64,000 nucleotides of DNA from Octopus sinensis (lineage: Eukaryota). The DNA lies in contig NC_043007.1 in NCBI RefSeq assembly GCF_006345805.1, positions 5,642,001 to 5,706,000 on the forward strand, given 5' to 3'. Positions 12,421 through 25,005 of this stretch are shown in pieces; position 1 is the stretch's first letter; every line of letters starts with the position of its first letter. The notes beneath the pieces are model-generated. The model ran no database searches. It saw only the letters and a program-made list of their open reading frames with translations, and was not told the DNA's origin. The translations under genes and the position numbers were made by a program.

Positions 12421-13141
12421 TTGAATTTTGTAATTGTGAATATAGTTTAATGCAAGGTTGTAAAAGAGTTTTTGAACATTAACATAAAACGAGGTATGAA
12501 GTGCTTGCATAAAAACGGAGCTTTTCTAAGATAGGAATTCATCTGTTTTCCTAATTAATATTACTAACTCATGGTATAAAAATCATTTTTATGTAACATG
12601 CGAAACTTGCGTAACGTCTTTTCGTGATAGTGAACATAATTTTATTCCAACGAATGAATCGATTAAATGACGGGTGATAGACTATGCTACAGTAATGGAT
12701 ACAAGATTTAAATCATTTTCCTAAAGCTTATCACAATCTACTCCCAAACTAAATGGCCTCGAAAAATAAATTTATTAAATTGTCATAAATGTAAAATTAA
12801 TTGACTCTTCTTAGTCGTAAATTCAGTTTTCATCCAATAAAAATTATTTTCAGGATAGAATTACTGCGAAAATTGCACGAAATAATCCACTATTTTCCCA
12901 TTTTACGGTACTAAATCAACTCTTCTTTTTTAATGAAGTAAATTATTCTTCACTGTATTTTCTTTTGTTTTAAATATATTTTCTAAAAAATGTATAAAGA
13001 ATATGGAGATGTACTTGCATAGCAAGTAATTTGATCTGAGATTGTGTGCTGGAACGAAAACAATTGCAGCGTGGAAGATGTTTGTAAGCCATTTAAGAAA
13101 CACACAAAAGCTGTTCGATTCACTTCAACATTTAAGTTTAA

Positions 13142-13191
13142 TTTGTCAAAATATTTTCGTCGCAAAAATCCGCGACCTGTTCACTGGCAAA
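13142..13191 (-). ncRNA. variant minimal type I hammerhead motif (G3:C8 core), second copy
   Basis: Minus strand: TTTGCCA GTGAACA G GTCGC ggattttt GCGAC GAA AATATT T TGACAAA, with a perfect 5-bp stem II. Confidence 0.6.
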
Positions 13192-13213
13192 AATCCGTGA
13201 TACATCACGGATT

Positions 13214-13264
13214 TTTGCCAGTGAACAGGCCGCGGTCTCAAAGCGACGAAAATATTTTGACAAA
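13214..13264 (+). ncRNA. variant minimal type I hammerhead motif (G3:C8 core)
   Basis: Stem I TTTGCCA/TGACAAA. Core GTGAACA at 13221-13227. Stem II GCCGC/GCGAC. GAA is followed by palindromic AATATT and H17=U (13257). Confidence 0.55.
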
Positions 13265-14279
13265 TTAAATTTAAATGTTGAAGTGAATCGAACAGCTTTT
13301 GTGTGTTTCTTAAATGGCTTACAAACACCTTCCACGCTGCAATTGTATAAAGAATAGGAAAACTGAAATCTATTACTTATTTCGTGAAAATGTATTTTAT
13401 TTTGCGGTCGTCACCTGAAAATTATGGAATACTTTTAATTGTTATTAAAAAAGATTAAAAAACATTGCACCTTGGATTTACAACGGTAAATATTTGTTAA
13501 TTGAGCAGTTTATTTAATTGTATATTGCTTAGGACTAATGACAATGCAGTATCATGAGGTGACTGAAGTTCAATACAAATTTGGTTGAGGAGATTGTGAA
13601 GTTATTTAGCATTCATGAAGCCCCAGTTGAACGTTTAACATTTTAAACCAGTATCTTTACTTTAGCGTCAGGGTTTTACCAGCCTAGTGAGCAAACTTGG
13701 ATTGGCGCAAATTGCATAGAAGCCCGTCGGATGGAGTGTCCCAGCCTCATCATTTTATCTGACAATTATGTTAAAAGTCCATGTGGCTGTGGAATACTCA
13801 ACCAAAGAAGAGGTTATCAAGTTGAACGAACAAGCAGACATTTAGACTTCAAGATCGATGTAAGGGACCATGATGACGACCACCACCACCATCACCGTAA
13901 GTATGTATGTATTTATTGAGATGAGTAAGGATTAAGTCTAGATAATTAGAAAGGGGATTAAGTCTAAATGCATGAGAACGAAAGTGGCTAATTTTTGTTT
14001 AATATTCTAAAATCTAGTTGCATGTCTTCGTGACAGTGCAATATAATTTTATTGTAAACAAATGATGTGTGATGGACCATGTTACTGCCACATGCACAAG
14101 GCTTCAATTATACAACAGCGATTCGGTGTGATATCGTTGTCGTTATTTAAACCCCGGTCAACCCCGAGCAAGCAGACTTATGATCAAAAATATTCCAGAC
14201 GTGACCATTTTAAACGTTTTAGGTACTGCATTGTATTTTATTTTAAACAATCCGCCGCTCTTCAGAGAATGGAATAAGG

Positions 14280-14655
14280 ATTTCTAATTTAAGCAGATTG
14301 GACAAGTTTCGAGGGCAAGGGATAAATCTGTAGCTCTGATCTTAATATTTGACAAGTACTTTATTTCATCGAATCCGAAAGGACGAAAGGCAAAGTTAAT
14401 CTCGACGTGATTTGAACTCAGAACGTAAAGAGATGGAACAAATACCGCTAAGCATTTTTTCGACGCACTAAAGATTCTTCGATTTCACCATCGAATACTG
14501 AATGAAATAATTTTTCGCAATTGTGGCACAAGACCAGTAGATTTCAGGGGAAAAGGAAAAGTCAATTCCATCGATCCCAGTGCTTCGTTGTTCTTTACTT
14601 TATCGACCCTGAAACGATAAAAGGCAAAGTTGACATCATCATGATTTGAGTTAAC
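14280..14655 (-). mobile_element. two adjacent diverged SINE family A copies (14280-14490, 14510-14655)
   Basis: Both show the gaaagg..gaaaggcaaagt signature. The first also has tttgaactcagaacgtaaag...aaataccgctaagcatt. Confidence 0.65.
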
Positions 14656-14808
14656 GATTCTACCAGCTCACCACTTTTACATTGAATGTTGTAATAGAAA
14701 CAAAGATATTAAGGAAAAGAGGAATTGGTTGAAGAGAGAAAATGTTACAGTGTTCTCGTTTTAAGTTGAAGAAATGTTTGACAATGGCTTCAATAAATAT
14801 TTGTGTTT

Positions 14809-14955
14809 TAATACACCCAGTAATACACCAGTAATACACCCAGTAATACACCCAGTAATACACAGTGACACCCAGTAATACACAAAATTCTAAAGCACAC
14901 ACGTTAAGCATAACCTTGACTGACACCAAACCCTTGACTAACACCAAACCCTTGA
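14809..14955. repeat. 13-bp minisatellite (CCCAGTAATACAC, ~5.5 copies, 14809-14883) and 18-bp duplication (CCTTGACTAACACCAAAC, 14914-14955)
   Basis: Direct read. Confidence 0.9.
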
Positions 14956-15819
14956 AATAATGTTCTATTTTGGATTCAAAGTTTTTTTGTTTTTTTTTTT
15001 GTTAGTCGTCTACATTGAACGTATGTTATCGAGGACTTTCCCTTTGCTAACTCTTAATTCTGTGGACATAAGACTTCCCCGCCAATACCGGTAGTACGTC
15101 CATCACCACCATCTCTGCCTCCACTGTTCGTGGAGAGAGTGTCTTGTGTGAGATTTCTTATATGTGAATAATGATGCCTGCGTGCGGGAAGTTAAGAGCG
15201 GAAAAAGGCATCGTTTATGTGCGTCATGTGTATGTTGGTTTGTGCGTGTGTGCGTGTATACGTGTGTATGTGTGTGTTTGTGTGCGTGTGTAAGAGAGAG
15301 AGAGAGAGCGAGAGAGAGTGAGAGAGAGAAGCACACACACACACTCACGCATAACAAGTGATTTTTGCACCGTTTCCGTTTTCCAAAATCCCTCACAAAG
15401 CATTATTCAGTCCGACAGAATGTATAACAGACTTATGAAATAGGACTGAGTTGATTGATTGAACGTTCCAAGGTGGGTGGTCATCCGGCATGGTGGTAAT
15501 CCGGTGCCCTGGAGCAGGTAAAAGAAGAAAAGCATATGGACTGCATATTAATGAGAAATATTGTGACTGCAGATAAACGAATCTTTATTCGGGGATAGAG
15601 AACAAGATTCGCATTTCCTTTGATGGATCTCCGTCACTCGACGATGAGGATTCAGTTGTTCCTTCAAATGAATTACTTGGACCTGAATTAACGTCGAGTG
15701 ATCGAGTATTCTACGCACATGTGTATCCTTAATGTAATACTCAGGTAGAATCAACGTGACGCCGTGTGTGACAAGGCCGTAACTTTTGAATTGTAGACAC
15801 AGTCAACCAGTCTGGCCTA

Positions 15820-15960
15820 TATATAGTTTCTGTCTCCCCATCCAACTTCACTCACAAGAAATGGGCCGACCCGCGGCTATAGAAAAAGAAATTTATTCAA
15901 GAGTTTAGGCAATGGATTCGAACTCAAGACTTCGTGGACAACTGCGCTTACCGCATTTCC
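15820..15960 (-). mobile_element. SINE family C remnant
   Basis: ttcactcacaag...ggccgacccgcggctatagaa matches 47740-47780. Confidence 0.5.
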
Positions 15961-16489
15961 TTTAGGGAAAATATAAGTGGTTTGATTGATTGATCGCTTG
16001 CCTGCACGAGATATTTGATATCTATAAAAATTACTGAGACGTCCGCATAAAAAGAAACAATACTATTATTTTTAACAACGAAACTAATTAAGAATTCGTA
16101 CAAGGCATTGTTAATTAGTTGTGATAAGGAATTCTAATTAGTTATTCTAGATAATATTTTGCTTTTCTATATAATATATTTCTAAATTAATTGTGTGAAG
16201 AGGCGTTTGTATGTCAAGAAATCTACAAACATTTCACTGTCTTATAACTACTGCAGCTTGCTGAAAATCTTAGCTGCTTTACATAGGTTGCTCATTTCAC
16301 TCAACTGAATACAAATACGAACAACAGCTGGGAGCCAACCAAGCGATGTACTGGTTCCAGGTTCAAGCGAAAAATGGTAGTCACGCCACGAAACTGTTAA
16401 GTTCTAGTCTAATGTGTCTGTTGGCCCATGGCAGGCATAAGATTAAGACGTCTAGAGTAGAGCCTGGTTGAATATATTTAAAAAAATAA

Positions 16490-16710
16490 ATAAATGCGCC
16501 ATTTTTAAAGCCTAGCCAGGCTCAGAGGCCCGGTTTCCCGGTTTCTATGGCGTATGTGTTACTCATTTTTGCCAGCTGAGTGAACTGGAGCAACGTGAAA
16601 TGAAGTGTTTTGCTCAAGAATACAATGCATCACCCGATCCAGGAATCGAAACCACAATCTTACGATCATGGTGCTGACACCCTGACCAATAAGCCACGCG
16701 CCTCCACGTT
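16490..16710 (-). mobile_element. tRNA-derived SINE family B
   Basis: Reverse complement GTGGAGGCGCGTGGCTTATTGGTCAGGG...GGTTTCGATTCC...CTTGAGCAAAACACTTCATTTCACGTTGCTCCAGTTCACTCAGCTG. Confidence 0.8.
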
Positions 16711-16989
16711 GGATTTATTTCAGGTTATTAAACTTTATATGCGCAAGTATATAAATATCGGTGGAGGACTGGCCTACAGCCTGCAATATTTCCTCCAAAT
16801 TCTGATTCTATCGACTCACCAAAGTGAGCAAACCCCAGTGACAGAATCATCGAAGATTTAACTTTGTAATCTACCTCGTCACACCAAAAATCTGTTACCT
16901 TGTTCCAAAGGTGCGACTTTTTAAAGTTTTAATATAAGGTCTACAGAACTGTTTGAGTCCAATAACGAAATCAAGAAGATATTGCAATA

Positions 16990-17282
16990 ACATGGCCTAG
17001 TGGTTAGAGTAGTGGACTCGCGGTCGAGGGATCGCGGGTTCGAATCTCAGACCGGGCGATGTGTGTGTTTATGAGCGAAACACCTAAGCTCCACGCGGCT
17101 CCGGCAGAAGGTAATGGAACTCTTGCTGACTCTTTCGCCACAATTTTCTCTCACTCTTTCCTCCTCCATCTTGCAGCTCACCTGCGACGGACCGGTGTCC
17201 CGTCCAGGTGGGGGACCTATACGCCAAGGAAACCGGGAAACTGGCCCTTATGAGCCAGTCATGGCTCGAGAAGGAACAAACA
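16990..17282 (+). mobile_element. tRNA-derived SINE family B
   Basis: TGGCCTAGTGGTTAGAG (A box), GGTTCGAATCTC (B box), AACACCTAAGCTCCACGCGGCTCCGG central domain. Near-identical to 57497-57793. Confidence 0.9.
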
Positions 17283-18404
17283 AATAAAGAGTTCAACTCT
17301 CTCATGTCATCAGCACAAAATATTACTTTAACAGTTGAGTTCATTCGACAACTTCACAGCTATCCTTATAATAGATTGCATCCGTTGAGAGAAATCAGTT
17401 TTAAACAATTACAACCATTAAAAGTAACATATTGCAGTATTTGTAAACAGTTGCATTTATTGTTATTGCGAATTACTCCTGGTGCAACAATCACAACTTT
17501 CGGTATTAGCAATCGCAAGTACAGGTACCAATAATTACAGGCTTTGTTACAAGAAGCTGCTTTCGCAGTAAACAATCATATCTACTGAATTACAAATTGC
17601 TTTTGTTATAAACGATCACAGCTAGCGATATAATAAATTGCAAAGAGCACAACCAATCTCAAAGGTGACAAAAAATTGTTTGTTATGCACAAATGTCAAA
17701 CATAGATTCGAAATCTTGCATTATTCACATTGTTTTTTCTCATGTTTTTTCCTATTTTCGTTAGTATCATTTCCCTTCTATTTCCTATCGACGACAGTTA
17801 TTTCAAAATTACTTCGATTATCTAAGTAATTACTATATCACATGTGTTTCTCAATCCAGACATGACACTCAACAGAACTGCTTACAATTACAATGAGACA
17901 AACTCGTTTTGCATGGTTTCAGTGGATTGAAGCAATAAAATTATGAGAAAATATTGATGGAATATTTATTTACGTTCAATACGAAAGTAATTATATTGAA
18001 GAGGTCAGACGGAATATTTAAAAATGGATAAATAAATGGCTGATTTGGCTTTCTGGTTGAAAGCTTAAGAAAGCAAGATAAGCCCAGTTTCTATAGCTCT
18101 CATTCAAAGGGCTGTGGTCTTAGAGGAAGAATAGAAATAGCATCAAATATCGATTTATTCCATGATTTCCAAATAGAACGAGAAATTTAGTGACAATGAC
18201 CTTCACAAAGGAAACGGATAATATATATATATATACACATGCATTAACAGATAACGTACATACGCAAAAATATATTTTAAATGTGATTGTACACTTGTAC
18301 ACACCACTGTGTGTGTGTATGTGTGCCTTACTCTTATTCATACATATTACAAACACACACACGTAATACACACGCCCCCACACGCGCGCCCCCACCCCAC
18401 ACGC

Positions 18405-18450
<46 letters not shown>

Positions 18451-18760
18451 TGAACTACAAAAGAAACGTTGCACTGTAAGTACTTACTTGTTTCACACAC
18501 GATATTGAAATAAATATGGATTTTATCCCATTTCTAGCTAATTTGACATCAAGAAGATGTCACTGACCCGCAATACCACTCTCTTTTCAAAACACTAAGA
18601 TTGCATGTAGGGTTCAAACTCGCTCACTTTTCGTGAACATGGTGAGGCTCGCAAACGCATCTTTATCAAAAGCATGATGCAGGGTCAAAATGTTGACTCA
18701 TTGGGTATAAAAGACGCCGAAATTTAACAGCCTGTCCTTCGTTTCCTGAACGTATCAAGC

Positions 18761-19230
18761 ATGCCAAGACTGACACAAAACCAGAGGGAGCAAGCCATCT
18801 TCATATTGGTCAACGTCCATGGGGCGTTGCTAATGACTTGAACGGCAGTATTCAGACAATTGTGAAGCCGAGGGAACGATACAATGTCACAAACAGCTCA
18901 GATGATCATCCAGGCAATGACCGACCGAGGGTTACAACAGCACGTCAAGATCATCACCTACACCAGAGGGGAACGGAATCAGCTAGGCAGACCATAAGGG
19001 CTCAGCACAGACCCATTTGTGAAGAGATAGTTCGTCGCCGGCTGAGATCTTTCAAACTGTCTTGTCAACGTCCGGCTAGGGGCCCCATCCTCAGTGATCA
19101 TCATCGAAGGGCACGTCTGCAGTGGACGCAAAAACGTCAGAACTGGCGGCAGCAGCATTTGAGGGTTGTAGTCTTCTCTTACGAAAAGTGATATTGTATT
19201 TCTGTGGCAGGAGGTAGAGCTAGAGTTTGT
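18761..19230 (+). mobile_element. Tc1-like transposase, 5' half (paired-like HTH domains to the first catalytic Asp), degenerate
   Basis: MPRLTQNQREQAI...DRPRVTTARQD...IVRRRLRSFKL..RPARGPILSDHHRRARLQW...VVFSYEK. A TATAAAA box lies at ~18705. Confidence 0.85.
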
Positions 19231-19562
19231 CTCTGTATCTAGAAGATCCAATATGTCTCGGACATATAAAAGACCCAAAGTATCTTGGACCTGTGTCTCT
19301 ACATCTAGAAGATTCAAATTATCTTGGGCCTCTTTATATCTAGAAGAACCAAAGTATTTTTGACCTGTGTCTCTGTATCTAAACGATTCAAAGTATCTGG
19401 GGTTTGTGTCACTATATCTAGAAAATCCAAAGTCTCTTGGACCTGTGTCTATATATCTAAAAGACCCAAAGTATCTTGGACCTGATTCTCTACATCTAGA
19501 AGATTCAAATTATCTTGGGCCTCTTTATATCTAGAAGGTCCAAAGTATCTTGGACCTGTGTG
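19226..19562. repeat. 39-bp minisatellite (CTAGAAGACCCAAAGTATCTTGGACCTGTGTCTCTATAT) with a 191-bp higher-order period
   Basis: About 9 monomers. The block at 19268 recurs at 19459, and 39+35+39+39+39=191. Confidence 0.9.
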
Positions 19563-19619
19563 TCAAAAAGCTATAGTGGGTCTTGCAATTTTAGTACCTC
19601 CTTGAATTGTTCCACCCAT

Positions 19620-19985
19620 TTTGCATTCTAATTGTCTTCTGATATAAACACCGTCCCATCTCATTGGCACTTAGCTGGAGATGCTAGAAGTCTATAGGAG
19701 AACCAAGGAGGAAACACTAAGCATTATTGTGAAATATCGTGTCCTGAGGTTTCTTGGACATGTCTCTAGAATGACATCAACAAGGCACACAAAGCTCTCC
19801 GTCGATTGGAGGCTAGAAGATGGGAACAGGAAACATGGACGCCCATTAATAACATGGAAGAAGACAGTTCTGAAGGATCGAAATGTAGTGGAGTTGAGCT
19901 GAGAGGATGCGAAATCTCTTGTAGAAGACTGTATAAGATGGAGTTCTTTCATCGCTGCCCAATGTTTCACTTGGAATAAGAGGAA
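19620..19985 (+). mobile_element. RTE-clade LINE 3' fragment
   Basis: RVLRFLGHVSRM...DWRLEDGNRKHGRPLITWKKTVLKD is the typical RTE C-terminus. It ends at a (CT)n run. Confidence 0.85.
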
Positions 19986-20217
19986 CTCTCTCTCTCTTTC
20001 ACACACACATACACAGGTATGTACATATACAATTTTTTGCCGAATCTGTGTAAAAGTGTATAGAATAATATGTCAGTTAAATAAAGTTACAACATCGTCT
20101 GGTTTTCACGTTTTTTATTATTGTATTAAAAAATTTATTTTTAAATTGAACAAAAAAACTTAAATACAATAATAAAAATTGTAAAAACCAGATTATGTTG
20201 TAACTTTATTATTCAAA

Positions 20218-20277
<60 letters not shown>

Positions 20278-20658
20278 TTACACATACATACACACACATA
20301 AACATGCATATATATACGTATGTATGTAAATGCATGTACGTGTTTATGTATGTATGTTGTATATATGCGTGCATCCATGTATACTCTTTTTGATGAAATA
20401 TTTAAGTAAGGTTTAAATAGAGGTGCTAAAATTAATGTCTGCGATTGACATATTTCAATTTTCCCACAATGGTACGTTTTCAGAGCCTGGCGAACGATAT
20501 TTAAAAAAAAAAACTTTTGTTCAATTCCTTTTGTCATATTTCGGAGTTGGATCTGCTGATCGAAATATCTGCGATGATTTTTTTCTTTGTTTGTTTTAAA
20601 TATATGCATTGAAATATCTTTGCAAAATATTTTACAATGCTTCTCTCTCTATATATAC

Positions 20659-20747
<89 letters not shown>

Positions 20748-20910
20748 CATATATATGCATATATATGCATACACACACACTCACACATATATATTTATGC
20801 ATGCACATATATATATATGAATGTATATATATGTGTACATATATATACATATATGTACATACATACGTACATGCATACATGCACACACACATGCACACAC
20901 ACACACACAC
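20218..20910. repeat. two (TA)n/(TACA)n/(CA)n microsatellite clusters (20218-20350, 20641-20910)
   Basis: Direct read. Confidence 0.95.
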
Positions 20911-22299
20911 ATATTGGAGCTACAGTTTGTAAAACATAGACAGGGAAGAGAATAGTAATTCTGCAAAAATTTCTTCTCTGCGATGAACGGGAAGTAGTGA
21001 TATCGGCCACCAAAACAAAGTAGGGTTATTGATCTATTTGAATTACCTCCCGTGACTGCTGCAAATATCAGAATGCACAGAGCTGATTTATTGATGAAGC
21101 GAGAAGAATTTCGCTGCATCAATAAATTACTACCTGGATTGAAAGGATGTCTGGCTGCTCTCTGCATATTTCCATGTTCAAACAGCCATATTAAAGAGCG
21201 CAGTAATCGTTTTAGTTGCCGTTCAGATGCAGTAGAACTGAACAAATTCTGTAAGTGTTAATTTCTGTTTATCAGTCCCTCAATACTTTTGAGCTTTCAT
21301 GATTCTAGTTGCTTCGTATATTCGTAGTTAATCCGTAGATGCACTTACACGTTTGTTGAAGAGATACGATGCTATATTCAGAAATTTCTTACGGTAGTTC
21401 GTATTTCCGTATTTACAGCGATGTCTTGAACCTCATTTGACGCTCACTCGAGTAGAAAATGCTGGTATGAGCACATGAGACACATTGTGGGCCTCTGAGA
21501 GATTGTGTTTAGAGAACTATGAGGAACATAATTTTTTTCATATCTCATGTATGCGTTTCTTGTTACAACTGTGTTGTGTGGACGCCCCCAGACGATGAAG
21601 TAGGCGAGCCCAATACGTAGATATATAGAGAGAAGCCTAGACGTCGAGAGTAGCAGTCGTAGTAGACTAGAAAAGAATAGAGTAGAGTAGCGGTTAGAGT
21701 GGTAGAGTTATAGTAGAGGGCATCCGAACGTGCGAATTAACAAACTGCCATCGTATAATATGTTTTGTTCATTCTTAGGTATCCGTAGAATTACTTGTTT
21801 GGTACGTGGATGGATAGAGATATTGCTAGAATGACTTGGAGCATTTCTTTTCGTTTTTCAGTCAGAAACATTTATCTCCCTCAAACTTCGTCGTTATATC
21901 CTTTGAGACTGTTGTAACCAAGAACGGATTTTCTTCATAACATGCTATTCTTGGCATATACTTTCATTCGGAAAGAAGATATGTATCACGTTAATGTTTC
22001 TGTATTTCTGTCAGTGTATCGCATACATTTCTGATATCCCCACAAAAAAGATGGAGTATTCTCTGCTGGTATAAATGGAATCTCAAAAGACTGTCTTCTT
22101 GAAATATACCACTGAGATACTTATACCCTCAACAACAATAGAATCACTTCCTGTCTTTCACTTCAGGGTTTTGCACCACCAAGAAGACGTCAGGTTGTTT
22201 ATGGCTTTCGTTAATGTATGTAGAACTTTAGCAAATCAATTTGCTTCTAGCATCTACAATCTATGGACAAAATCGTTGAATGCTTACTTCTAATATTCT

Positions 22300-22690
22300 T
22301 TTCTACTCTAGGCGCAAGGTGCGAAATGTTTGGTGGGAGTGGTAGTCGATTAGATCGTCCCCAGTACGCAACTGGTACTTAATTTATCGACATCGAAAGG
22401 ATGTAAGGCAAAGTCGACCTCGGCGGAATTTGAACTCAGAACGTAAAAGACAGACGAAATACCTATTTCTTTAGTACCCACAAGGGGCTAAACACAGAGA
22501 GGACAAACAAGGACAGACAAACGGATTAAGTCGATTATATCGACCCCAGTGCGTAACTGGTACTTAATTTATCGACCCCGAAAGGATGAAAGGCAAATTC
22601 GACCTCGGCGGAATTTGAACTCAGAACGTAACGACAGACGAAATACTGCTAAGCATTTCGCCTGGCGTGCTAACGTTTCTGATAGATTAC
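22300..22690 (-). mobile_element. SINE family A composite (young copy joined to an older body with a different tail)
   Basis: The body occurs twice. The junction GAAATACCTATTTC at 22456-22469 is identical to 567-580. Confidence 0.85.
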
Positions 22691-22719
22691 CGTCTTATTT
22701 CTAATATTGGCAGACTGCA

Positions 22720-23880
22720 GCGAAACTATTCACCCTTCGACCTCTCTCACGACAGCTGTTTGATAAAAATTTAGTCAGAATATCCTCAGACGTCTTTCTT
22801 CCCAGCTACTTATTCAGCGACGATGCTATTGGTACTAATATCGTGACACTTGAGGAATAAGCTGAGACAGGTGATATACATTTTAGGCATTGTGTTAGGC
22901 CGGTTGTTTTTCCCCACATGCATGGCTTTGTGCTTTGGTATTAAACATGTTTCCAACATCATCTGTCAGCGTAGAATGTTTTCAACTTCTCTCAGAGATT
23001 ACTGGCAAAGGCTGACAGAAAAGAAACACCGATAGAACGCTAATGTTTTGTGATAACAACCGATGATCAACTCTTGATACTGTAAACATCTCATGTAATA
23101 TTTAACCGCCATTGCGCATTGGTTCACGTATGTCATCTTATTTCATATTTTTTCAAAATTGGATTATCTCTTTGAGAAGGGTCCTGCTTGATTTTGCTGA
23201 CTGTTCCCCCATTTCTATACAGATTGCTGATTGATTCAACCGAATTGCTAATTATTTTCATTTGAGCGATTGTCCATTTCTTGTGAAGTTTCTCACTGAT
23301 ATCTTTTAAGTTCTGTTTTAGATGACCTATTTATATTTTAGAACGCTCTGTTTATTATTAGTAAACATCTATCAAAATAGCAGCAAGTGTGTGTCTGTCA
23401 CATTTTAACATTGATTTTCAGAAAGAATTTGAACTTCAATGTTTCTTAAATATTTTCGCATTGAGATGCGTTGATGGGTGAGGTGTTGCTCCCTAGAAAT
23501 CAAGTGACTTACTTTGAGACTTCCTTTCTGGCAATGATTCTTTCATTTGAAGCTCTGCCTGAAGAAGACGGTCTTTGTCTTTCCTAAAAATGCTATGATG
23601 CATCTTCCCATTCGTTCCATAGAAATTTTTTGACAGATTCATTTCATTTACTTTTCTTAAAATTGTGTAGAGTATAAGATGGCGTACGGAAAAATGATCC
23701 TTTCCGCTTAATGAAAGCAGTTTCTTGTTCAGTATTATTGTTGTTTATTTTTGTTACAATATCCACAGCCTTTTTCAGCAGAAATAATGCAGAATTTTCT
23801 TTTAAAGAACGATTAATTAACTAAAAGTATATTGATGTGACTATCAAGCCAGTTTTTCTTAATTTCTTTTTCTGTAATTA
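22720..23880 (-). pseudogene. highly degenerate N-terminal/RT region of an RLE-type LINE
   Basis: Minus-strand fragments F..INQ..LYRN (~23230) and VTILVP (~22840) are in the expected order. Many stops. Confidence 0.4.
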
Positions 23881-24220
23881 TCCATTAAGGATTAAAAAAG
23901 ATGTTTGGAAAGGAAACGAACAGAAGGAAATGGACAAAGGCAAAAAGAATGAGACAAAAGAAAACCCGGAAGACGATGTGACAATCTCCAAATAAACGAA
24001 AGCAATTGGAAGTACTGAAGACAATCTTAGACCCCAGGAAATACTGAAAGAGAACCTCAGGCAACAAAAAATTCTGCAGAGTAATGAGGCGACTACTGAA
24101 CAAATTGTTCAAAGATTAAGCTTGAAATGTGCATGAAATAAGAGAATGTGTGTTTGCTTGAATAGCAGGAAGATTATCTTGCCACCACTTTATATTCGTT
24201 CATAATGGTTATGAGGAATC

Positions 24221-24420
24221 TAGACAACACGAGTGCTATTCTGAAGAGGATTATCTGATAGCGGATAGGCATTAGCTATGTTGTATGGTTGTAGTTTGCT
24301 CTGAATGTCAAGTGTGCCCATGGAGAGAAAAATGCAATGTAGTAGAACGATGCAAAATCCAAGTTTCGACAAGGAACACTCCGCATACCACACACACGAT
24401 ACCACTTGAACTACTACATG
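24221..24420 (+). mobile_element. extreme 3' end and UTR of an RLE-type LINE
   Basis: LDNTSAILKRII* resembles the LLGTARILRRIL* terminus. It ends in aactactac before (TAA)n. Confidence 0.4.
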
Positions 24421-24449
24421 CATATATGTATATAATAATAATAATAATA

Positions 24450-24484
<35 letters not shown>

Positions 24485-24485
<1 letters not shown>

Positions 24486-25005
24486 GTGTAGTCTTAGCAC
24501 CTGTAGAATATAAAGCAAGACACGACAGAGTCGGCCAGTATTTACACTGGACAATATGTCGGCATTCTAAATTCAAAACCGCTGAGAAATGTATAAACAC
24601 CATCCTGAAGCTGTGAGTGAGGGAGAAAATGTGTCGATTCTCTGGGACTTCCTCGTACATACCGACAAAACTATAAAAGCTAATAGATCGGATATTATTA
24701 TAAAACATCAGACAAAAAAGGTGTGTTTATTAGTTGACATGAGTATTCCTTGCGATCACAATATAGCGGCGAAAGAATTTGACAAGATTAGTAAATATAA
24801 AGATTTGCTAAAAGAAATTGAAAACATGAGGCATCCCAAGGCGACTACAGTACCAGTGATTGTAGGATCTCTCGGAATGATAAAAAAAAGGTACTGAAAC
24901 CTATTTGAAAATGATACCAGGTTTACCATCCCTACACGAAGTGCAAAAAATTGTGTTAATTGGAATGGCTCATGTACTGAGAAGAGCATTATCGCTTTGA
25001 AAACA
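24485..25005 (+). mobile_element. RLE-type (R4/Dong-like) LINE 3' fragment
   Basis: YKARHDRVGQYLHW, ILWDFLVHTDKTIKANRSDIII, LLVDMSIP, SKYKDL, VPVIVGSLG. It starts directly after (TAA)n. Confidence 0.9.

Larger units (their letters stand above)
13060..13346. repeat. 287-bp near-perfect palindrome (foldback) made of two head-to-head copies of a hammerhead-bearing unit
   Basis: ACAATTGCAGCG...CCGTGAT-ac-ATCACGG...CGCTGCAATTGT. The arms differ by a few substitutions and one 6-7 nt bubble. Confidence 0.95.

Noticed and set aside
17340-17700. Minus-strand Cys-rich peptide bits (KCNC, GCNC, TCTCDC) resembling an LRR or Cys-repeat protein
   Set aside because: The motifs fall in different frames with stops, there are no splice signals, and TGT/TGC are common in this composition.
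19226-19562. CRISPR-like array or repetitive coding exon
   Set aside because: The units are contiguous with no unique spacers, and the 35-bp variant breaks the reading frame. No cas genes; eukaryotic context.
21024-21250. 75-codon open frame ending at a GTAAGT donor
   Set aside because: The acceptor has no pyrimidine tract and the peptide has no recognisable homology.
21570-21840. Possible solo LTR (TG start, TATA-like box, purine-rich tract)
   Set aside because: I could not define a CA end, poly(A) signal or TSD.
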